A stretch of DNA of 64,000 nucleotides from a virus. Lineage: Duplodnaviria > Caudoviricetes. The notes below the pieces were generated by a model that saw nothing but the letters and a program-made list of their open reading frames with translations, had not been told where the DNA came from and ran no database searches. Within the stretch, counting starts at the first letter, position 1; each line of letters begins with the position of its first letter. The stretch spans positions 1 through 64,000 of IMG/VR virus record IMGVR_UViG_3300025073_000032. One strand, given 5' to 3'. Shown piece by piece: positions 1 to 9,582 of this stretch. The position numbers were made by a program, and so were the translations under genes.

Positions 1-517
1 CAAAAACCTTCAGAGTGTCAGTACTGGTCTTTGTAAAAGAAGCAGCAAACAGCCAGTGGCAGTGAGCCGCAGTAGGAGTTGTGATATTATCAACAACCGC
101 ACCCTCGTTAATACCAGCAGAGTTTGCTTCCGTGGTAGCGTAGGACACTCTCCAAGTAACGATATCAAGACCGGCACCAGTATTGTCAGTATCAGCGTCC
201 CCAGTTTTCGGGTAAGTAGCATCTACAGCTTTACCTGATCCTGCAACGAATGTAGTTACATCAGCGTCAGCTTTTGCAGGAGCTGTAGAGCCTGTACCCA
301 GTCGCATTCCACCAGCAGCAAAATCCTTATTGGGGGTTTGGCCACAAGCTTTTTCTGCATAGTACCTATCACCAGCATCGGTAACGATATTGGCACCAAG
401 AATAGCAGTTTCTGTGCCATCTGCGTGTGTCAGAATGGCAACTACGTTGCACTCTCTCTCAATACCATCGGAGAAGAGCACAGATTTTCCGAAATACTCG
501 TTTACATTGACCTTCAT
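1..517 (-). CDS. Virion structural protein (fibre/collar-associated type), truncated by window edge
   Basis: Not in ORF track. Hand translation from ATG at 517 after AAGGAGG: MKVNVNEYFGKSVLFSDGIERECNVVAILTHADGTETAILGANIVTDAGDRYYAEKACG...MRLGTGSTAPAKAD..., open to position 1; the NIVTDAG/LGTGSTAP pattern is typical of phage fibre-associated proteins. Confidence 0.7.
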   Translation of the reverse strand, partial: MKVNVNEYFGKSVLFSDGIERECNVVAILTHADGTETAILGANIVTDAGDRYYAEKACGQTPNKDFAAGGMRLGTGSTAPAKADADVTTFVAGSGKAVDATYPKTGDADTDNTGAGLDIVTWRVSYATTEANSAGINEGAVVDNITTPTAAHCHWLFAASFTKTSTDTLKVF

Positions 518-615
518 CTTGGATGACCTCCTTGCGTTTGTCGCTTTTTGTTATGACTGCTACAACTTTCTCTTTGGCTCGTAATTTGTCAATCATTCGT
601 ACCTCTCTTCTAATA

Positions 616-3600
616 TCACTCTGGAGGCTGATTATCGTTTTTCACTTTAAACTTCGGTCGAGTCAGCCTGAAACACAGTATGAGCTTAACAAGTGGTACT
701 ACTCTTGTTATAACAAATTTCTTTCCACTTGTGATATTAATATTCACTACATCAAGTATAACCCGAAACATAGCTTTACGATACTTGATTGTTTCTTCTA
801 TATCTTGTATTGCGTTGAGAATCCTGATGTAAATAGCTGACTGTATGGTAATATCTATTAGTCTTACCTGTTCAGCTATAAGTCTTACGTAGTGCCATGC
901 TGTTGATTTACTCTCAGAAACTCTCAATAAGTCTCCAGAGTACCGATTTATAGCCAACTGCTTCTGACTGCTATGTACTAGGTTAAGGTTGTTATTCACC
1001 ACATACAACCAGTTTTTACGTACTACTTCCACCAAATTCTCTGCTTCATCTATTATACGTTTTAGCATCAGTCTTATTTCCCTTGTTTCAGAGAGTGAGA
1101 TAAAGTCACTGATAGACAGTCTAATAGATTTAAGATGACTGATGATATCCAAATGAGTCACTATATCCCTCACCACCCTGGTCATGGAAAGCTGTTTGTA
1201 GGTGTTACCTACTATCTGTAGCACATGATTAATAGCTCTTCTCAAAGCTCTTGAGGTCATCCTATCTTCCACCAGAGACTCAGAATTATTTACTATCCTA
1301 TTCCATGTACCTAACTTTAAGCTTTCCTCTATAAGTGACTGAACATTATCTATTACACGAAGAATAGTGTGTTTAAAATAATTACTCTCGTAAGCTTCAA
1401 CCTGATCGTTTTTAATCCGCTTAAGTGCTCCTCTTCGGTGTGCTGTCTCAATATGATTCATCCAGTAGTTTACAATCTTTAGGATAGTGTGAACAAAATA
1501 ATTTGTTTCTATTAGACTTACAGACCTATTGATAACTTGCTTAATAACCTTTCTGCTAAGCCGTGTTTCAATAAGCTGCAACACTTCGTTAACGTACTGA
1601 AGGATAGTTTTCTTTCTCACTATGCTTTCAAAAGATTCTACTGTTTTATTTATTACACGATTTAGGAATCCACGTTTATATCTGGTTTCGCTTAACAGAG
1701 TAATTTCATTACTGACCCTCTTAAGAGAAAGATGATGCAATGTGTTATCTACGAAATTTAGTGTATTGTCTATTATTCGTGAAATTTTAATGTTTCTTTG
1801 AATAACCTCAACAACTTGCTGTGTACCGTCCTGAAGAATTCTATTCAATCTCATCACTCTATGCCTAGCTTCCAGTATCGACAAAGTATCGTCGCTAAAC
1901 CTACGTAAGAAGAGCTTATGAGGATAAGTTTCCCAAAGCTGCAATACTTCAGTTTTCAATCGACGTAGTACTCTAGGTCTTAACGTAGATTCGACAAGCT
2001 GTTGAGTCTCTGTTTTAAGTCTTGTCAGGTATCTGAATCGTCTACTAACCTCAGCTACACTTTCTATATCAGCTACATTTCTCTTTAAAGCTAAGCTTTT
2101 AAGGATCGATTCTACTAAAGAAGCTACTTCAGATTTGATCCTTACCATAGTTCGGCTACGCAAAGACGACTCTACTAAGCGTAAGCTTTCATCTTTCTGC
2201 CTAATTCTACAGATCAATTTATACTTTGTTTCAATCAGGTTTATTGTATCAGAAACAAGCTTACGCAATTGTCTTACAAAACTATGAGTCTCGACTACGG
2301 ATACAACATCAGCTATTGGTTTAAGAAATCCTAATACTCTTCGTCTTGCCTCAACAAATTGCTCAACTTCTGTTTCTATAAGAGTTATCATTTTCTGTTT
2401 GACTACAGTACTTACAAGCTGAACAGTATCTGATGCAAGTCTAACATATTTTATATTCTGGAACGTTAAATCACTTATAAAGAATGCATCTAATACCGCT
2501 CTTATTCTTCCAGTTATGTAGTTTGTTTCAGCTACTGCTTCTTCATAAGTAATAGGAGTACCGTCATCCTCATTTGTTATACTGTTACCTGTTACTTCCT
2601 CAGTTATATTATGCTGAGGAGCTAACCTGTGAAATATAGCCTGTAAATCTTTAACTACCTTAAGCAAAAATCTCCATCCTACTATAGCTTCAACAAATTG
2701 AACTGTATTAGACACAATCCTAACAAGCTCAGTTTCTAAAGTAGTAGCAGTAGCTGACTGAGCTTGTGTGCCAGCATTAGAAACTATAACATGATTTTGT
2801 CTTAAGGTAGGAGATACAGAAGAAGTAGCGTGTGTGCAGCTTTCAAGCTGCATTAAATGTACCTGTGAGAACGAGCCACTGTCTGTAATGTGAGCATGAG
2901 ATGCATTAGCAGCAAGAATAGATATTATAATAACGTATCCACTAACTGTATTATTTATATCACTTGTATTGGGCGAACCTACTGATCTAGCATCTACTAA
3001 AATGTCATAAGTACCAGTTTCTGTTGGAGTCCAATCCCAGTAAGCAGTAGTACCGTATGCCCTTTGAACAGAATAGCCACCACTATCCTTTTGAATAGAA
3101 AATTGATACTCATAAGGCGCAGTACCACCTGAAGCTGTAGCATCTATTCTTACAGTTGCTCCTACATTGCTTGGAGAAGAAACATTTGGAGTAGTAATAA
3201 GACTAGTAGGTGCTAGCAGTAAAGACAGCACGGAGACTTGCTGAGCATGAAAGCTATGATTTGTGGATAGCACATGCTCTTGTGTAAAAGTACTGTTATC
3301 AGCAAGCTGAGCATGTGCAGCACTTCCAGCTATAATAGAATATGAATCTACGAGATTCCCACCAGACCAATCATCCCATGCACCTGAGAGTCCTCCTAGA
3401 TACAACCCAGGTGCTCCTCCACTGGCTATACTAGAATCAGTAATCGTGTTTGGGTCAGCAACTCCATTGTAATAAACAGTAAGAGTATTGTCGTTTACTT
3501 CAAACTTTATTACATCCCCAGGAGCAGAAGCTTTTGTGATAGCACCTGTTCCAAGGTATGAAAAAGAACCAGTTAACCACCTACAGAAACGAAAGGTGGT

Positions 3601-3873
3601 AGCTGATACCATTACACCATAAGCATTCTTGTTGCCCTGGCATCTTACCAACAAAGCCATATAGGTAGTACTAGCAGCTATAGTAGCCTGACAGTACTGA
3701 TTGGACGCAAAAGTATCAGCATTCCAGTAACAAGCATTGTCATCACCTGTTACTGTGCCTTGTACTCTGTTGCTAGTAAGCTGGCAAGCATTAAACCAGC
3801 CAGCTGTAGACCAGTTACCAGCTATCGGATTTTCATTTACTCTATTAAAACTGTCAGAAGCAGGAAGAGCCAT
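616..3873 (-). CDS. Long virion fibre protein: N-terminal beta-sandwich/lectin-like and Ig-like domains, then ~30 degenerate 20-aa repeats
   Basis: 1085-aa ORF; Trp/Gly-rich N-terminus (DSFNR...), Ig/PKD-like segment (ASGGTAPYEYQF...WTPTETGTYDILVDAR), 20-residue periodic C-terminal half; lies among structural genes. Confidence 0.65.
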   Translation of the reverse strand: MALPASDSFNRVNENPIAGNWSTAGWFNACQLTSNRVQGTVTGDDNACYWNADTFASNQYCQATIAASTTYMALLVRCQGNKNAYGVMVSATTFRFCRWLTGSFSYLGTGAITKASAPGDVIKFEVNDNTLTVYYNGVADPNTITDSSIASGGAPGLYLGGLSGAWDDWSGGNLVDSYSIIAGSAAHAQLADNSTFTQEHVLSTNHSFHAQQVSVLSLLLAPTSLITTPNVSSPSNVGATVRIDATASGGTAPYEYQFSIQKDSGGYSVQRAYGTTAYWDWTPTETGTYDILVDARSVGSPNTSDINNTVSGYVIIISILAANASHAHITDSGSFSQVHLMQLESCTHATSSVSPTLRQNHVIVSNAGTQAQSATATTLETELVRIVSNTVQFVEAIVGWRFLLKVVKDLQAIFHRLAPQHNITEEVTGNSITNEDDGTPITYEEAVAETNYITGRIRAVLDAFFISDLTFQNIKYVRLASDTVQLVSTVVKQKMITLIETEVEQFVEARRRVLGFLKPIADVVSVVETHSFVRQLRKLVSDTINLIETKYKLICRIRQKDESLRLVESSLRSRTMVRIKSEVASLVESILKSLALKRNVADIESVAEVSRRFRYLTRLKTETQQLVESTLRPRVLRRLKTEVLQLWETYPHKLFLRRFSDDTLSILEARHRVMRLNRILQDGTQQVVEVIQRNIKISRIIDNTLNFVDNTLHHLSLKRVSNEITLLSETRYKRGFLNRVINKTVESFESIVRKKTILQYVNEVLQLIETRLSRKVIKQVINRSVSLIETNYFVHTILKIVNYWMNHIETAHRRGALKRIKNDQVEAYESNYFKHTILRVIDNVQSLIEESLKLGTWNRIVNNSESLVEDRMTSRALRRAINHVLQIVGNTYKQLSMTRVVRDIVTHLDIISHLKSIRLSISDFISLSETREIRLMLKRIIDEAENLVEVVRKNWLYVVNNNLNLVHSSQKQLAINRYSGDLLRVSESKSTAWHYVRLIAEQVRLIDITIQSAIYIRILNAIQDIEETIKYRKAMFRVILDVVNINITSGKKFVITRVVPLVKLILCFRLTRPKFKVKNDNQPPE

Positions 3874-3889
3874 TGTACGTTACCTCTCC

Positions 3890-5707
3890 TTAGAAAGCAG
3901 TACCACCATCAATTCTGAAACGCTCTCCCCCTGCGTATAGGATGATATTCCTGTTACCACTTCCCGCATCCTCTATTAGAACTGTGCCGTTCATATCAGC
4001 AGAAGCTGCTGGAAGACTTGCTGTGGCTACTACTGGAGTTTTTGTACGCATAATTTCTTTCCAGTAAGTAGTTCCTTTACGAAACAGAATTCCGTCACCT
4101 TTTTCTAGCAGAGTGCTGATACCATTCTTAAGTGCAAAATTGTTAGTACTAGTGCCATGACTTATAGTGAGGGTGCCTGTACCCCCGGTTTTCTCTATAT
4201 ACAAAAGTTGTCCCAACATACCATCAGCTGCTGTAGAAAGAGTATCGTTTGTATTAGAGGCATGCTCTATTACATTTTGATGCTTTGGCCATAAAGTATC
4301 TCCACTTGCAGGACAAGCTGGTACCCAGCCAGCAGGAGAAGTGAATATTACATGATAGTAACCATTAGCATCTGGTTCTATATTATACGTGCCTCCATAA
4401 TTTTCGCCAATCTCAATACCATCACTTGATCCACCTACAGCAATATGGCATTCTCCATTAAACCTATTGCCTTTAATACAACCAGAAGCAAAAACTGCTG
4501 TGTTCTCTATGTTGTAAGAACTTCCCCATATCAAGTTATTTTTTATATTGAAAGCATGACCATAAGAACCTTTTATTCTAATACCACATCCTTTGCCATC
4601 AGTAGCTCCTATGCCGTTGTTTTCAACGTAACAGCTTGTAATGTCAACTATGCCACAACTCTCAAATAGCATACCAGATATCTCAGGTGTGGTAGTTGTT
4701 AAGCCGTTACCTTCAAAGTTACAAGTTTCAAAAGTCCAAACTAATCCAGATTCTACACCTGAAGTATTTTTGACATGTATACCGTGTTTCTGAGACTGTC
4801 CTACTCTTACTTTCTTGAAATGATTAATAGACATAGTGTAAGCACTCTCAATGTAAATGCCTGTGTCCTGGGAGTACATAACATCTATCTCTTCAAAGGT
4901 AAGCCAATTGAACCTATCTGAGCCGTGAATACCATGTTTAAACTCAGATATCTTGAGATGATGGTAGGTGTGCCAATCATTAAAAGTATTGTCATCAGTT
5001 CCTTTAATTCTAATAGCAGAAGATGACGTAAAGCCATCGACATTCTTCATAAAACCGCCACCAAACTCAAAGTACATAACATGGTTATTAGTACCAGCAG
5101 AATCTACTGTTAGTACATCAGCATCAGCATAAGGTCGTAGTGTTGCGCCGTTCAGGTTGATAATAACTTTAGCCAGAAATGCTGATCTGACAGTAAAGTT
5201 ACCACGGTATACTTTAGCTTCAAAGTCAACCACTCCACCATTCGTGGTAACACAAGCTATAGCTGCGTTTATAGCAGCACTATCGTCAGTGCTGTCATCA
5301 GCAACCGCTCCCCACCAAACAGGCTCAGTTCTCCTAAGCCCTATTACAGTACCAGCTCCAGCGAATACCTGATAACTACCTGCTATTAGATGAGACGAAG
5401 GAGCAAACTCACATGTATTGGTACTTGTAACATTGATCCTACCTGTAGGAGTCACCCAAATGTTTTTATTTACTATATAAGCATCGTCAATCTCTTGAGC
5501 ATCAGACACTATCAAGAGCTTGCCATCCAGTGTGGCATCATCAAGTGCTACAGAAAGATCAGTCACCTGTACATAGTCGAACACAAGGTCTTTAGGAGCT
5601 ATTCGTCTGGTAGCAGCACCTTGTATAATAGTCATCATGTTCTCTGTTCTATTAATAGGCAGAGTTGCAGCTTCCCTGGTTAAGACATAATCTTTGTGAC
5701 TAGACAT
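3890..5707 (-). CDS. Tailspike/depolymerase-like protein, pectate-lyase-type right-handed beta-helix
   Basis: WWGAVADDSTDDSAAINAAI is the classic pectate_lyase_3 N-terminal motif, followed by Asn/Gly/Ile-rich beta-helix rungs. Confidence 0.8.
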   Translation of the reverse strand: MSSHKDYVLTREAATLPINRTENMMTIIQGAATRRIAPKDLVFDYVQVTDLSVALDDATLDGKLLIVSDAQEIDDAYIVNKNIWVTPTGRINVTSTNTCEFAPSSHLIAGSYQVFAGAGTVIGLRRTEPVWWGAVADDSTDDSAAINAAIACVTTNGGVVDFEAKVYRGNFTVRSAFLAKVIINLNGATLRPYADADVLTVDSAGTNNHVMYFEFGGGFMKNVDGFTSSSAIRIKGTDDNTFNDWHTYHHLKISEFKHGIHGSDRFNWLTFEEIDVMYSQDTGIYIESAYTMSINHFKKVRVGQSQKHGIHVKNTSGVESGLVWTFETCNFEGNGLTTTTPEISGMLFESCGIVDITSCYVENNGIGATDGKGCGIRIKGSYGHAFNIKNNLIWGSSYNIENTAVFASGCIKGNRFNGECHIAVGGSSDGIEIGENYGGTYNIEPDANGYYHVIFTSPAGWVPACPASGDTLWPKHQNVIEHASNTNDTLSTAADGMLGQLLYIEKTGGTGTLTISHGTSTNNFALKNGISTLLEKGDGILFRKGTTYWKEIMRTKTPVVATASLPAASADMNGTVLIEDAGSGNRNIILYAGGERFRIDGGTAF

Positions 5708-5748
5708 AGTTCTCCCCTTGATAGATAAAATACCCTACACTACAGGTA

Positions 5749-6117
5749 TTATGTTGGGGCATTTATTTCTACTTTCCAACTGTTGAATGTAGCCGTATTA
5801 CCTGAAGTGACAGCTTGTGAAGTACAGGTAGTTACATACAGAAGGTTCGTAGCATCTACCAGAGCAACATGAGTGGCTGTACCGTTAGCTGTAACAGACA
5901 CACCTGTTTTCTGAGCTATTGTTACTTTCCTGCCAGAAGTGTCACCAGCAGCTTTAGTGAAGTCACCAGAAGTAAGAGTAGCTACTGCGGAAAGCCCGTA
6001 AGTAGTAACAGCTTCTGTTCTGTTGGTAGGCTGAGCACTACAGATAACCTCTCCAGTAGCCAGCGCAATTTTGTCCAGAGCACCATCTATTACAGTAGTA
6101 GAGCACCATTTAGCCAT
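5749..6117 (-). CDS. Small virion structural protein
   Basis: 122 aa, Thr/Ala-rich beta protein (GDTSGRKVTIAQK...GTATHVAL); AGGAGG RBS; structural context. Confidence 0.65.
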   Translation of the reverse strand: MAKWCSTTVIDGALDKIALATGEVICSAQPTNRTEAVTTYGLSAVATLTSGDFTKAAGDTSGRKVTIAQKTGVSVTANGTATHVALVDATNLLYVTTCTSQAVTSGNTATFNSWKVEINAPT

Positions 6118-6226
6118 TGTTTTGTTCCTCCTGCTCTTTTTGCTTTTCGTTCATGCATTCTTCTATTAGATCGACGAAATTGTCAATGTAGCTGTCATCT
6201 GGTTGAATTACTATATCAGTCATTTT

Positions 6227-6559
6227 TTACCCCAATTCAGTAAGATTAGCCTGTCCACCAGGAGTACTGATGACAGAAATTACGTCACCTACGTTTACAA
6301 CCAGTCTTCGTGTTCCACCAGCAGGTACATACCCGCATACATCGCCATCCACAGTTGCAGCAGTTCCAGCAGCAGTGATCCTGTAGTATGTAGCTGCCGA
6401 TACGTACAGATCAGCTATCTCGTACTGAGTAGCTGTAAATTCAATATGGGTAGCTGCTGCCATCGTCTTCTGCTGATATATCCTTTCCCTGTACAGATGA
6501 GTAGAAAAGTAACCTGTTCGATCCTTCATTTCTGCCGACTTAGTAAGCTTGTGTTCCAT
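6227..6559 (-). CDS. Hypothetical protein, probably virion-associated
   Basis: 110-aa ORF with AAGGAG RBS within the structural block. Confidence 0.55.
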   Translation of the reverse strand: MEHKLTKSAEMKDRTGYFSTHLYRERIYQQKTMAAATHIEFTATQYEIADLYVSAATYYRITAAGTAATVDGDVCGYVPAGGTRRLVVNVGDVISVISTPGGQANLTELG

Positions 6560-6633
6560 TGTGGTTGTTCTCCTTCATAAATACAGTGGTTGTAGAGATT
6601 CTTTCTATGAATTACATAGAAGTTTGTAGCAAT

Positions 6634-6673
6634 AAAAAAGCAAGAGGACTTGTATATCACCCTCTTGCTTTTT
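6634..6673. terminator. Bidirectional intrinsic terminator
   Basis: aaaaaagcaagagg...cctcttgcttttt inverted repeat with A/T tracts on both sides, downstream of the capsid operon. Confidence 0.8.
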
Positions 6674-6706
6674 GTCCTCATGCACTATTCCTTTTGTGTT
6701 ATTAAA

Positions 6707-7099
6707 TTAGTCCACAAGAGTAATGGTTTCAGAAGCAGTGATGCCACCAGCTTCAACGTCAGCTACAGTACCTACAACAGTAGCTGCGATAGGAGCAGCA
6801 CTAGTAAGAGCAGGTGCAGCAGCATAGTTAGTATCAGTAACTCCCTCGTCTGCATTGAGTTTTGTAACAAGAGTGTTGAATGCAGTACGAAGAGCTGCTA
6901 GGTCATCATAGACTTTATCTGTCTCCGTTTTTATTGTTCCAATATCTGTAGCTGCTTTGTTGTGATCGGCTACAAGCAAGTTCACACCAGTTACTGAACC
7001 TATACTTGCATTGCAGTTAGTCACCAGTGTGTTAAAAGCGTTTATCAGAGCGGCAAGCACTCCACCTTTCTCCAATGTGTTTTTTACTCTAAGTGCCAT
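6707..7099 (-). CDS. Putative head decoration/fibre protein
   Basis: Likely start MALRVK at 7099 after GGAGG; repeated (A)FNTLVT helices; two genes after the major capsid gene. Confidence 0.5.
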   Translation of the reverse strand: MALRVKNTLEKGGVLAALINAFNTLVTNCNASIGSVTGVNLLVADHNKAATDIGTIKTETDKVYDDLAALRTAFNTLVTKLNADEGVTDTNYAAAPALTSAAPIAATVVGTVADVEAGGITASETITLVD

Positions 7100-7123
7100 T
7101 GTGAAATATCCTCCGTACAATCA

Positions 7124-7155
7124 AGAGCCTTACAAGGATTAACTTATAAGGCTCT
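7124..7155 (-). terminator. Stem-loop (terminator or RNA-stability element)
   Basis: agagccttacaag...cttataaggctct inverted repeat between ORFs; no strong U-tract. Confidence 0.45.
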
Positions 7156-7167
7156 CGTTGTCAGTTG

Positions 7168-7479
7168 TTACGGCTTAGCCGATCTACGTGTAGGTGGCTT
7201 ATCTTTTTCTTTCTCTTTTTCTTCTTTTTCCTTGTCGTTACCTTCAGGCTCTTTTATCGGTTCCTTATCGTTTTCCGGTTCTTTTACCTTTATAGGTTTC
7301 GTTACCTTCGCAGGTTCCTTTACCAGTGTGTATTCATGTGGAAGGTTATGACAGAGAGTTTCGGCGTACTCATTGTCTTCTAGCACACCGAAACCCTCTT
7401 CATCAAATTCCACAATAAACGATCCGATAATCAGTGTTTGCCCTTTTGATTTCTCACGAAAAATTTTTGCCATTGTCAA
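7168..7479 (-). CDS. Small Lys/Glu-rich protein following major capsid gene
   Basis: VEFDEEGFG N-terminus plus KE-rich tail; same position as similar genes in SPO1/Twort-like phages. Confidence 0.6.
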   Translation of the reverse strand: MTMAKIFREKSKGQTLIIGSFIVEFDEEGFGVLEDNEYAETLCHNLPHEYTLVKEPAKVTKPIKVKEPENDKEPIKEPEGNDKEKEEKEKEKDKPPTRRSAKP

Positions 7480-7488
7480 TCGCTCCTA

Positions 7489-8907
7489 TTAAAAGTCTTT
7501 GACGTTGATAACACGCATCAGTTTTTTTGGTGCGAACAGCTGAGGAACACCGTACATCAGAACCATGAATCGATAGGATGGCTCAATTACTGCAAGGTCC
7601 ATCTTCATGATCGGAGCAAGCTGTTTGAATACCAGGATTTCACTGTCAAACTGACCAGCAAAACAGATTGCTGTATTTGGCATAATATAGCCAGTGTAGC
7701 TGTATGTAGCACCTGTTCCACTATTTGTCTTAAGAGTACAGACAACAGTAGCAACCAGATAGTACACTGCCCCGCCAGCTTCAGTAGCATACACATTGAA
7801 GTAGTCAGGAATAACAGTCTCAGAAGAAGCACTGTTGGTGATTGTCAGTGGGATATGCTTAGCAATGTCACCAGCACCGATAGTAAGATCAGCAGTAGCG
7901 GCAGTAGGAGCAGACTCACCGTAGCGGTTACAAGCGGTTGCTTTGAATTTGATAACTCCGACCTGGGAGGCGCGAAACAGACCATCAGTACCTGTCATTG
8001 CAGACGTAGCGATGGAAGCAGGAGCCGCAGGAGCCTTAGTGGAAGTAGCAGCTGCCGGTGGTTGTTTTTTTGGAGAACGACCAGAGGCAAGCTGTGGTCC
8101 CATGAACAGCGAAGGGCGAACAGCTACACGACCAAAAGAAGTTTTTACAGCACCTACTGTAGTACCAACTTCTACGCCGTTAGGACCAGGAAGAGAGATA
8201 CGCTCTTTAGGAAGCATGCCAACGTCAAGAGTGGAAGCTACACTGTTAGGAACGTAGCAACGATTGATGTAACCAAAACTAGCAGCAATGGTTTCACCCA
8301 TATGAGTAAAGTCAGATTCTTCCAGGTTCCGATTGGAGAGGTCAAGGTCATTGGCTGCATCAATCAGAGTATTCAGACCGTCGAACTCAACACCTTCCGG
8401 AGTGGTACCAGCAGCAGTGTAAACAAGATCGCTGTTACCCCAAAGCAGACCAAATTCAGCATCACGCATAACTTTGAGAATACCGTTCGTGCTCTCTCTG
8501 GCAACTACGTCACCATTGATAGTATGAACAAGCTGTGCAGGGTGAGTGATCTTACGAGTCGTACCAAGGAATTTGACCAGCGATGCTTTACGAGCATAGT
8601 TGGAATCATCTTCTTCCGGTGCAACACCTTCACCAGTGAATCCAGGATTGTCAGAACCAATAGAAGTCTGCTGGCTGTACTCTTCAACCGTACTGTAGGC
8701 CGGGAGTTTTGCAATGTCTTTCCACACAACCATGTGGTCTTCGCGGAAGGTCAGGAGCTTCAGCGTACTTTCAAGCGACTGAACACGCAGAGCCGCACCA
8801 CCAGTCATGCTAGTTGTTTGTTCGTACCCTGTAGTAAGAGCTTTGTTAAGCTCAGCTACGTCTTCCTGAGTACCAATTCCAAATCCTTCAATATCCTTCT
8901 CAAACAT
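7489..8907 (-). CDS. Major capsid protein (HK97 fold, SPO1/Twort-like)
   Basis: 472 aa; KALTTGY...GGAALRVQSLESTLKLLTF, AYSTVEEY, EFDGL, KQLAPIMKMDLA motifs; downstream of portal, protease and scaffold. Confidence 0.92.
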   Translation of the reverse strand: MFEKDIEGFGIGTQEDVAELNKALTTGYEQTTSMTGGAALRVQSLESTLKLLTFREDHMVVWKDIAKLPAYSTVEEYSQQTSIGSDNPGFTGEGVAPEEDDSNYARKASLVKFLGTTRKITHPAQLVHTINGDVVARESTNGILKVMRDAEFGLLWGNSDLVYTAAGTTPEGVEFDGLNTLIDAANDLDLSNRNLEESDFTHMGETIAASFGYINRCYVPNSVASTLDVGMLPKERISLPGPNGVEVGTTVGAVKTSFGRVAVRPSLFMGPQLASGRSPKKQPPAAATSTKAPAAPASIATSAMTGTDGLFRASQVGVIKFKATACNRYGESAPTAATADLTIGAGDIAKHIPLTITNSASSETVIPDYFNVYATEAGGAVYYLVATVVCTLKTNSGTGATYSYTGYIMPNTAICFAGQFDSEILVFKQLAPIMKMDLAVIEPSYRFMVLMYGVPQLFAPKKLMRVINVKDF

Positions 8908-8943
8908 GGTTTACGTGCCTCCTTTAGTTAGGCTGTTTGTCTA

Positions 8944-9558
8944 TTATCCTTTGAGCAAATGTTCTTTAAGTTCGGGCCGGAGCTGTCCAGTGGTTTCAAA
9001 CTTTGTAACTTCAGTCTGTGTCACAGGAATGCCACCGACATATTCGCTTTTGAGTACCATATCAACGAGTTTGTCAGTTACCTGAGCTTTAGACAGGCGT
9101 TTTTCACCCTCTTCTTCACCAGATTTGGCAAACTGACGTTCAACAGGTTGAGCTGTGATTGATTTTTTCACGCCGACAGGTTCTTTTTCCAGCTCCTCCT
9201 GACGTTTTGTAATAGTCAAAAGAGCCGCACCCATTTCCTGTAGAGACTTCACAAGAGCTTCATTGAATGTACCTTGAGCAGTTTTTTGTGCTTCCTGTGA
9301 TTTCTGGAGTTTCTCGTTCAAAGAGGCAGTCAGACCATCAAGATGCGTCCCGATAGCATTGACAACTTCAGCAAGGAAAGGAGCCACGTCCATACTTTTC
9401 TCAATCTCGTCCGATTCTTTAGCAACTTCGGCAAAAGACTTCTCTACTACTGGCTTTTCTTCTTTCGGTGTCTCAACAACTGGTTTCAGAAGCTCATCCA
9501 AACTACCGAGAGCTTTTTCAAGCTGGTCCTGAGCAATTACTTTCTCTTCAACTTCCAT
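8944..9558 (-). CDS. Head scaffolding protein
   Basis: Acidic helical 204 aa with many hydrophobic-x-KS/KA sites; between protease and capsid. Confidence 0.7.
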   Translation of the reverse strand: MEVEEKVIAQDQLEKALGSLDELLKPVVETPKEEKPVVEKSFAEVAKESDEIEKSMDVAPFLAEVVNAIGTHLDGLTASLNEKLQKSQEAQKTAQGTFNEALVKSLQEMGAALLTITKRQEELEKEPVGVKKSITAQPVERQFAKSGEEEGEKRLSKAQVTDKLVDMVLKSEYVGGIPVTQTEVTKFETTGQLRPELKEHLLKG

Positions 9559-9582
9559 TTTGTGAATCCTCCTATCTGTCTT

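Noticed and set aside
7855-8931. 358-aa plus-strand ORF and the other plus-strand ORFs in the track
   Set aside because: Antisense shadows of well-supported minus-strand genes; Ser/Phe-rich, no recognisable motifs
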